A stretch of 64,000 nt of DNA, taken from the NCBI GenBank assembly GCA_964609675.1, contig CAZSRX010000016.1, forward strand, positions 1,659 to 65,658, written 5' to 3'. The number at the start of each line of letters is the position of its first letter. Within the stretch, counting starts at the first letter, position 1. This stretch comes from an uncultured Bacteroidota bacterium. Lineage in GTDB: Bacteria; CLD3; SB21; JBBIRG01. The notes beneath the pieces were generated by a model, which saw only the letters and a program-made list of their open reading frames with translations, was not told the origin of the DNA and searched no databases. Both the position numbers and the translations under genes were made by a program. Below are positions 57,403-64,000 of this stretch, one piece after another.

Positions 57403-58707
57403 ATGTCGGGTAGCATAGTTGTCGGGTTGGATATCGGTACCACCAAGATTGCCGCCATCATTGCCGAAGTGAGCGGGCGGGATGTAAAGATCCTTGGGGT
57501 CGGCAAATATCCGTCCGTTGGTCTCAAACGCGGCATGGTGGTCAATATTGACCAGACCGTGGAATCCATTAAAAAAGCGATGCAGCAGGCGGAATTGATG
57601 GCCGGCGTACAAGCAGAATCTGTGTACGTGGGCATCGCCGGCGATCATGTCCGCGGCATCAACAGCCATGCGGTTGTGGCGGTAGGCCGCCAGGATCACG
57701 AAATCACCGAGGATGATGTCCGTCGGGTGATTGACGCCGCAAAAGCCGTAACGATGCCGATGGATCGCGAGATTATTCATGTCATTCCGCAGGAGTTTAT
57801 CGTGGACAACCAGGAAGGCATACGCAATCCCATCGGTTTGACCGGCACGCGGCTGGAAGTGGAGGCGCATGTGGTGACCGGCGCAGTGGCCTCGGCGCAG
57901 AACACCTGCCGCTGCGTGCAGCGCGCGGGTTTCCGTGTAAAAGACCTCGTCCTGCAGCCCCTGGCCTCGAGTTATGCCGTACTGGAACGCGAGGAACAGG
58001 AACTGGGTGTGGCGCTCGTCGATATCGGCGGCGGTACCACCGACATCGCCGTATTCTTCGACGGCAGCATCCGCTCCACGGACATGATTGGTCTCGCCGG
58101 ACAGGTCGTAACCAATGATGTCTCAATCTGCCTGAAAACCGCCAACGAACGCGCCGAAGAGATTAAGACCAAACACGGATGCGCCTTTGCGCAACTGGTC
58201 GCGGAAGAGGATATTATCAGCATACCGATGGTTGGCGGTCGTCAACCGCGGGAAATTTCCAGGAAGTATCTGGCCAAAATCATTGAAGCGCGCATGACCG
58301 AAATCTTCAACCTCGTGCAGTTTAACCTGACCGAGAATAAACTGATCAGCGTTATGAACGCCGGTTTAGTGCTGACCGGAGGTGGTTCGCTGCTGCCGGG
58401 CACCGAGGAACTTGCGGCGGAAATATTCAAAATGCCGGTTCGCACCGGCATCCCGAGCGGACTCGGCGGTCTGATGGGCGAGGCCAGCAGCCCCGTGTTT
58501 GCCACCAGCGTCGGGCTCATTCACTACGGTTATCAGAAAGACCGGCTTAAACATCAGGACGATTATCAGGATGACGATACGTATGATAACGGCGAGGAAG
58601 AGGCCGGTCCGGAAATCACCGACGACCAGGGTGTGCCGCGCCGTGAGGGCAAACTGTACGATAAAATTCTGGATAACCTGAAGAAATTTGCGAAGGAATT
58701 TTTTTAA
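57403..58707 (+). CDS. ftsA: Cell-division protein FtsA (actin-like ATPase)
   Basis: IVVGLDIGTTKIAAIIAE N-terminus, actin-fold phosphate-binding motifs (DIGGGTTD), and a C-terminal acidic/amphipathic tail. Confidence 0.9.
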   Translation: MSGSIVVGLDIGTTKIAAIIAEVSGRDVKILGVGKYPSVGLKRGMVVNIDQTVESIKKAMQQAELMAGVQAESVYVGIAGDHVRGINSHAVVAVGRQDHEITEDDVRRVIDAAKAVTMPMDREIIHVIPQEFIVDNQEGIRNPIGLTGTRLEVEAHVVTGAVASAQNTCRCVQRAGFRVKDLVLQPLASSYAVLEREEQELGVALVDIGGGTTDIAVFFDGSIRSTDMIGLAGQVVTNDVSICLKTANERAEEIKTKHGCAFAQLVAEEDIISIPMVGGRQPREISRKYLAKIIEARMTEIFNLVQFNLTENKLISVMNAGLVLTGGGSLLPGTEELAAEIFKMPVRTGIPSGLGGLMGEASSPVFATSVGLIHYGYQKDRLKHQDDYQDDDTYDNGEEEAGPEITDDQGVPRREGKLYDKILDNLKKFAKEFF

Positions 58708-58733
58708 TAGAAACTTATAACGGGAGTACGACC

Positions 58734-59972
58734 ATGATTACTTTAGACGATGTACGGGAATACGGCGCGAAAATGCGTATTGTGGGCGTCGGTGGCGGCG
58801 GTTGCAACGCGGTCAACGGCATGATCACCCAAAACCTCGCCGGCGTGGATTTTATAGCCATTAATACCGACCTGCAGGTGCTGGAAGCCAACAAAGCGTC
58901 GCACAAGATTCAGATCGGTAAGAATCTCACCAAGGGCCTCGGAGCCGGCGCCAATCCTGAAATCGGCAAGCGCGCCGCGGAAGAGGATCTGGACGATATC
59001 AAACGCCATCTTGACGGTTCCGATCTCGTATTTATCACCGGCGGCATGGGCGGCGGCACAGGTACCGGCGCCGCTCCGGTCATCGCCGAAACCGCGAAAA
59101 GTCTCGGTGCGCTGACGATCGGCATTGTGACCAAACCGTTCGGGTTTGAGCGGGAAAAACGTATGGCGCAGGCCGTCAAAGGCATCGAGGAACTGCGACG
59201 CCATGTGGATACCCTCATCGTCATTCCCAATGAAAAACTCCTCACCGTTCTCCCGAAAAATACGACGCTGATGCAGGCATTCAAAACCGCCGATGATATT
59301 CTCTACCGCGCGACCAAAGGCATCTCCGATTTAATCACGAACACCGGTTATATCAATGTGGATTTTGCCGATATTAAGAAAGTCATGAGCAATGCCGGCG
59401 ACGCGATTATGGGCATGGGTATCGGCACCGGCGCCAACCGCGGCGAGGAAGCCGTCCGGCAAGCCATCAGCAGTCCGTTGCTGGAGGAAACGAACATCGA
59501 AGGCGCCTCCGGCATCCTGCTGAACTTCACCTGCCCGATGGACGTTACCATGGAAGAAGTGGAACTCATATCCGGACTCATCACCAAGGTTGCCGGGCGC
59601 GATGCCGACGTGATCTGGGGCTACGTGGTGGACGAGAACCTGCAGAACGAGATTCATGTCACTGTCATCGCCGCGGGCCTTAACCGGCGCTCCAATCAAA
59701 AGGCAACGGACAATGAAACCGCGCCGACGGGTATGGCTTTTATGAAAAAGAACAGCAGCGGCGGTTACGAATACTTCGACCACCTCCATGCGATTCGAAT
59801 GAACCAGTACCGCGATCTGGAAACACCCGCCATCAAACGCACCGAGTCGGATATCGCCGCGGAATCTGAGAACGCGTTGATAGATACTCCGGTGCTGCAG
59901 CAAACCGGAACCGACGGCAACCTCACGGACAGCAACATTCCGACATTTCTGAGGAATCATCTGAAACGTTAG
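58734..59972 (+). CDS. ftsZ: Cell-division GTPase FtsZ
   Basis: Tubulin signature GGGTGTG, the RIVGVGGGGCNAV N-terminus, the T7 loop NVDFAD, and a C-terminal conserved peptide (DIPTFLRNH). Confidence 0.95.
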   Translation: MITLDDVREYGAKMRIVGVGGGGCNAVNGMITQNLAGVDFIAINTDLQVLEANKASHKIQIGKNLTKGLGAGANPEIGKRAAEEDLDDIKRHLDGSDLVFITGGMGGGTGTGAAPVIAETAKSLGALTIGIVTKPFGFEREKRMAQAVKGIEELRRHVDTLIVIPNEKLLTVLPKNTTLMQAFKTADDILYRATKGISDLITNTGYINVDFADIKKVMSNAGDAIMGMGIGTGANRGEEAVRQAISSPLLEETNIEGASGILLNFTCPMDVTMEEVELISGLITKVAGRDADVIWGYVVDENLQNEIHVTVIAAGLNRRSNQKATDNETAPTGMAFMKKNSSGGYEYFDHLHAIRMNQYRDLETPAIKRTESDIAAESENALIDTPVLQQTGTDGNLTDSNIPTFLRNHLKR

Positions 59973-59989
59973 AGCCTGGCGGCAAAAAA

Positions 59990-60035
59990 GGAAAAGCCGT
60001 TCATCCTAAAAGGATGAACGGCTTATATTTTTAAA
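59990..60035. terminator. Bidirectional rho-independent terminator after ftsZ
   Basis: AAGCCGTTCATCC-TAAAA-GGATGAACGGCTT perfect 13-bp hairpin flanked by A- and T-tracts, 18 nt after the ftsZ stop. Confidence 0.7.
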
Positions 60036-60048
60036 TAAGGATAAATAT

Positions 60049-63000
60049 CTATTTCTGTTTGTTAGCATCCATCTTTTCCAACGCTTCAAAATATTTACGA
60101 ATCAGTTCCTGATAATCTTTGGAAAAACCTTCCTGCATGGCGCGCAGGAGGTCCTGACGGAGCTTGTTGCGGCGATCGGTGAGGTTATCCGGCAATTCGC
60201 CGGGACTCTTCGTTTTATAGGATTTAGCCGTCTCGCCTTTGCGTTTCTCGCTTTGATCCTTTTCGTGAATGGAACGGGTAGCGTCGAGCATGCGCTGTAA
60301 TATTTTCTGCTGGCGTTCAATGGTTTTTCGATTGACGTTTTGGTTTTTCATGTCCTTGATGACTTCTTCCATGTCCTTGGCCATCTGGCCCAGTTGCCCC
60401 TGGAAGTTCTGTTGACCCTGCGCCTGCGCCTGAAGGGCTTCCATCGCCTCCTTCAACGCCTGTTGTTCGGCCATCATACGGCCAAGCTGCGCCTGTTGCT
60501 CCTGCGAGAGCATGCCTTCGTTGCCGTCTTGTCCCTGGCCCGGCATAAGCGGTAGCGTACCGTCGTTGATCTGGCCTTGCTTGCCGGCCATCTGCTGAAG
60601 TTGCTGCATGAGTTGCTGCATACCCGTGCCGGACTGACCCTGTTGGATTTGGTTCATGCTTTCCATCAGCATCCGGATGGCCTCGTTGACCGAACCCATA
60701 GCCATTTGCTGCCGTTCAGTGGCGCCCAGGGCGTTACGTTCCGCCAGCTGACGTACGGACTCCTGCATGGAGGCGAGTGCCTGCCCGAACACTTTGCCGA
60801 GCGCGGAGTTCACAAAGAACGTCTGATTGGAAAGCGCAACGAGATTATCGGCAACGCGCTCCATGCCGGCCTGCAGATCGGCTTGTTCCTGCGCGCGCAG
60901 GCGGAAATCATCGCTCAGGTATGACAGGAGGCGGCTGTCCTGCAAGACGACTTCCTGGCCTTTGGAAATCTCCAGCAGGTCGTATATAATTTTACGCATG
61001 GCCGCCATAATCTGCTCGTCCTGCTGATCACGGAATTCCTTCTGCGCGCGGCTAACCTGGCGGGACAACGAATCCAGATCGTCTTTGACGGCCTGCTGGT
61101 TGTCGCGTTCCTGTTTCTGGTTTGCCCGTTTGTTCTGAATCGCGTTACGGGACTGCTGCATTTTGCTCTGGGTCTTGCCGCTTTTAATCTGCTCGGACGC
61201 TTTTTCAAGCTCTTTGGTTTCGTACTTCGGATTGATCTCTTTGACCGTCTCCTTCAGTAATTCCGCTTTTTTCTGCAGGTCATTGAGGGCCTTTTCTAAG
61301 CGTTCCTGTTCCCTGGCCAGCGCCTGCTGTTCCTCGTCAGTCTTGGTTTTCTGTGATTCCTGGTTAATCTGCTCCTGGCGACGCTTCAGGTCCTCCGTTT
61401 CCTTTCTTAGTTGGTCGAACATCATTTCCGCCTTGATACGCTTCAGCAGTTCCAGCGTGCGTTCCACGCTCTGCTTGAATGCCTCCTGGTCGAACTTAAA
61501 CTGCTTCATGGCGTCCTTAAGCATCTTCGGGTCGAAGTTTTTCTGCATCGCCTCCTGCAGTTTGCGCATCATGTCCTGGAATTCTTTGTTGTTAATCTCG
61601 GAAAGCAGTTTCTGCAGTTCCTGGTATTTTTCCAGGGTTTCTTTGGAAAGGACGTTGTTCTCGTCGAGTTTCTGAGTCAACGCCTGCAGGTTTTCCTTCA
61701 TCTCCTGAACTTGTTTCTGGAGGTTTTCCTGCTTCTCGGTCAGCTGCTTGATTTTTTCCTTGTCCTTCCAGTCTAATTTTTTATCCTTCAGCAGATCGCG
61801 ATGGATATCCTCGAGTTCTTTTTGTATGTCTTCGCTTTTTTCCAGGATGTCTTCGGCTTTTTGAATCGCGAGATCCTGTCCTTTGGACGCTTCGGCGAAT
61901 ATCTCGGCCAGCGACGGGAAGCGCAGTTTTCTTACGGCGGATTTGGCGCTCTTGGGCCCGCTGATGTTGTCGTTATCAAATACTTCCAGGTAAAAGCTCA
62001 TCACGTCTTCCGGCTGGAGGTTGAGTTTTTCAAGGGCCCATGTATAAAAAATCGTCTGCGTGAGGTTGCCGGGCGCGAGGAGAAATGAGATGTCGGCCGA
62101 AGTATAATTTTCCTGAGGCGGCAGGAATCCCTTGGTTTCGTCTAATTTGTAATGCAAAAGTAGCCGCGACAGGCCGAAGTCATCCTGCGTCTCCGCGGTA
62201 ATGCGTACGGTCATGTCTTCAGTGATATCGAAGTCCTGCGCCGGCTCAGTCATTTGTATAAACGGATACGCGTCCGGTATAACGGTGACCGCGTATTCAA
62301 CCGGCTCGGCGCTCGGGATGCCTTCGGTATCGGTTAAATCAATATGATAAGCGCCCGACTGTTTCAAGCGGAAGGCGCCTTCGGCTTTGTGCGGCGCGAC
62401 GCGGCTTACGCTTAGCGGCACCATGGTACTGTCTGTGAAGACAAGCCGGGCGTCATGCAGTGGCTTGGTGGACTCCATCTTGATTTTTACCCATGTGCCC
62501 CTCAAGCCCGCGATTTCGCCGTTGTTTTCGTCCAGCGCGACCGGCTCCATATTCGCATACGACGGGTATTCCAGTTCAACCAAAAGCCGCTTCAGGGCAG
62601 GCCGCTTCACCACATCGATACGGTATTCTTCCGAACGGATACGGTAGGCCTGACCGAATATCCGCGATGAAGCTTCGGCGTAATACCGCACGGGCTGGCG
62701 GACATGGGCCAGCGTAAAAGGATACATCCCGGCGCTGTCGTGACGGGCGGTTTCTTCTTTGTAATAATCGCCGTCGGCAAATTGTGTGAAAACGCTGATC
62801 TTGTCGGGATACGGCCAGTCATGACTGCCCAGACGCGTCATCTGAAAACGAAGTTTTACGGTTTCCCCGTGCAGTACCGAACCATGGCCCGGCTCCGCGG
62901 TAATGATAAACGGCGCCGGTGGGGCGAAGCGTTCATTCGGATAAACCAGACGCCTGTATGCGTCGATATAGGATGAATGAAATAATATGAAAATCGCGGC

Positions 63001-63516
63001 CAGCCCGGCATAGATGTAACGATTCCTCCGGAATGCCCTTCGGATTTTACTGCGGTCGGCGGCAAGAGAGAAATCCAGAGGCATGGCCTGTTTATAAACG
63101 GAAAATATCGCCGCGTCCGTCAGAGCCCGTGAATAATAGGGCGATTCGGCCGCGCCGGAGCGGAAAAGCTCCAGAACATTGCGCAGCTTGTCCCGGATTT
63201 CGGGAAAACGGCGTCCTACTTGTTCGGCCAGATAGGTATCCGGATAAGAAGGAAACACATTGATCATGCGCAGGAAAGGCAGACCGAGCAGATAAAAACA
63301 AGCCAGACCCAGCAGGGTGATTACTGAAATCAGCGTCAGCCAGCGTCCCGCTGGTTCCATTGTCGCCAGCGCCTCAATACCGCCGGAGATTATCAGCAGA
63401 CCGATAGCCGCGGACAGCCAGTAATAAAAACCGGCCATAAGGTCTGTACGGTTATACAAACGTCTCAGCGAAGAAAGTTTCTGCTCGAAATATTTAAGAC
63501 ATTCCAATGAACTCAT
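60049..63516 (-). CDS. Large (1155 aa) membrane-anchored protein with N-terminal TM helices, central Ig/beta-sandwich-like repeats and an ~500-aa Gln/Glu/Lys-rich coiled-coil/low-complexity region; possibly related to the DUF4175/TIGR02302-type low-complexity proteins
   Basis: Three hydrophobic segments in the first 200 aa. Residues ~560-1100 show heptad-like periodicity and QQ/GQ-rich low complexity (QKLDENNVLSKETLEKYQELQKLL..., GQGQDGNEGMLSQEQQAQLG...). The family assignment is recalled from memory and is not verified. Confidence 0.5.
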   Translation of the reverse strand: MSSLECLKYFEQKLSSLRRLYNRTDLMAGFYYWLSAAIGLLIISGGIEALATMEPAGRWLTLISVITLLGLACFYLLGLPFLRMINVFPSYPDTYLAEQVGRRFPEIRDKLRNVLELFRSGAAESPYYSRALTDAAIFSVYKQAMPLDFSLAADRSKIRRAFRRNRYIYAGLAAIFILFHSSYIDAYRRLVYPNERFAPPAPFIITAEPGHGSVLHGETVKLRFQMTRLGSHDWPYPDKISVFTQFADGDYYKEETARHDSAGMYPFTLAHVRQPVRYYAEASSRIFGQAYRIRSEEYRIDVVKRPALKRLLVELEYPSYANMEPVALDENNGEIAGLRGTWVKIKMESTKPLHDARLVFTDSTMVPLSVSRVAPHKAEGAFRLKQSGAYHIDLTDTEGIPSAEPVEYAVTVIPDAYPFIQMTEPAQDFDITEDMTVRITAETQDDFGLSRLLLHYKLDETKGFLPPQENYTSADISFLLAPGNLTQTIFYTWALEKLNLQPEDVMSFYLEVFDNDNISGPKSAKSAVRKLRFPSLAEIFAEASKGQDLAIQKAEDILEKSEDIQKELEDIHRDLLKDKKLDWKDKEKIKQLTEKQENLQKQVQEMKENLQALTQKLDENNVLSKETLEKYQELQKLLSEINNKEFQDMMRKLQEAMQKNFDPKMLKDAMKQFKFDQEAFKQSVERTLELLKRIKAEMMFDQLRKETEDLKRRQEQINQESQKTKTDEEQQALAREQERLEKALNDLQKKAELLKETVKEINPKYETKELEKASEQIKSGKTQSKMQQSRNAIQNKRANQKQERDNQQAVKDDLDSLSRQVSRAQKEFRDQQDEQIMAAMRKIIYDLLEISKGQEVVLQDSRLLSYLSDDFRLRAQEQADLQAGMERVADNLVALSNQTFFVNSALGKVFGQALASMQESVRQLAERNALGATERQQMAMGSVNEAIRMLMESMNQIQQGQSGTGMQQLMQQLQQMAGKQGQINDGTLPLMPGQGQDGNEGMLSQEQQAQLGRMMAEQQALKEAMEALQAQAQGQQNFQGQLGQMAKDMEEVIKDMKNQNVNRKTIERQQKILQRMLDATRSIHEKDQSEKRKGETAKSYKTKSPGELPDNLTDRRNKLRQDLLRAMQEGFSKDYQELIRKYFEALEKMDANKQK

Positions 63517-63698
63517 GGATAGAAGCTTTATTTGTATGTACGAAATGAACCTTTATTTGTTTTAATAAATTATTGAATGAATCATAGGCATAAAGTATTT
63601 TATTTTAAACATATTTAAAAGTTTTTTTTAATGCCAATTTACGATAATTATTAATACATTTAACTGATTTTAAAAATATTTTTTTTTGAGGAACTACC

Positions 63699-64000
63699 AT
63701 GAAAACAAAACCTTTTATTGTATCGCTTCCGATCTTTTTATTTTTGGTGTGGATCGATGAAAGCATCCGGGCCGAGGTCGTGGATTCCTCGGCGTACGGA
63801 TTCACGGTTCGCGGGATGGTCACCGTGCACGCTGATTCTCAAACCGTCTACAAACATCTTGTAAAGGATGTCAGTAAGTGGTGGGATCCGGATCATACAT
63901 TCTCCGGGCAATCTAAGAATCTGTCTATCGATGCCAGAGCGAACGGCTGCTTCTGTGAAAAACTTGATAACGGCGGCAGCGTCCGACACATGACCGTCGT
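63699..64000 (+). CDS. Secreted SRPBCC/AHSA1-like domain protein, 3'-truncated by the window edge
   Basis: ATG at 63699, not present in the ORF track. Signal peptide MKTKPFIVSLPIFLFLVW. The motif VYKHLVKDVSKWWDP resembles the Activator-of-Hsp90-ATPase/SRPBCC family. The frame is open to the window end. Confidence 0.4.
   Translation, partial: MKTKPFIVSLPIFLFLVWIDESIRAEVVDSSAYGFTVRGMVTVHADSQTVYKHLVKDVSKWWDPDHTFSGQSKNLSIDARANGCFCEKLDNGGSVRHMTV

Overview
This is a 64-kb chromosomal window, probably from a Bacteroidota/Ignavibacteriota-like (FCB-group) bacterium. The lineage call rests on type-IX-secretion (T9SS) C-terminal sorting domains, PorV/FadL-type outer-membrane proteins, coding DNA that looks moderately GC-rich by eye, and very AT-rich intergenic islands. 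The first 22 kb holds housekeeping and accessory genes: rsgA (ribosome GTPase); pdxS, pdxT and hypE (hydrogenase maturation) on one strand; an EamA transporter; msrB; sucC followed by adenosine deaminase and xerD; a GNAT acetyltransferase; an FAD-linked oxidase; an ECF sigma/anti-sigma pair with a DNA-alkylation repair protein; a LytS/LytTR two-component pair; and a T9SS-sorted beta-helix protein. The stretch 22.6-31.3 kb holds the candidate for the undescribed system. It is a co-directional cluster of a T9SS-sorted lamin-tail/OB-fold surface protein lacking a nuclease domain, a PorV/PorQ-like outer-membrane barrel, an 855-aa outer-membrane protein carrying two ComEA-type helix-hairpin-helix DNA-binding modules, a FadL-like barrel and a secreted 5'-nucleotidase. 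I read it as a candidate cell-surface extracellular-DNA capture and nucleotide-scavenging locus. The stretch 31.4-43.1 kb is a single minus-strand gene train: polyprenyl synthase, ptsH, ptsI, cheB, cheR, a CheA-CheY hybrid with an inserted MshEN-like (putative c-di-GMP-binding) motif pair, a multi-TM chemoreceptor and hisS. The stretch 43.5-60.0 kb is a complete division/cell-wall (dcw) cluster, mraZ-rsmH-ftsL-ftsI-murF-mraY-murD-ftsW-murG-murC-murB-ftsQ-ftsA-ftsZ. It is preceded by phased GTGG MraZ-box repeats and lacks murE. A 1155-aa membrane-anchored Gln/Glu-rich coiled-coil protein follows convergently. I recognised no rRNA, tRNA, CRISPR array or transposase.
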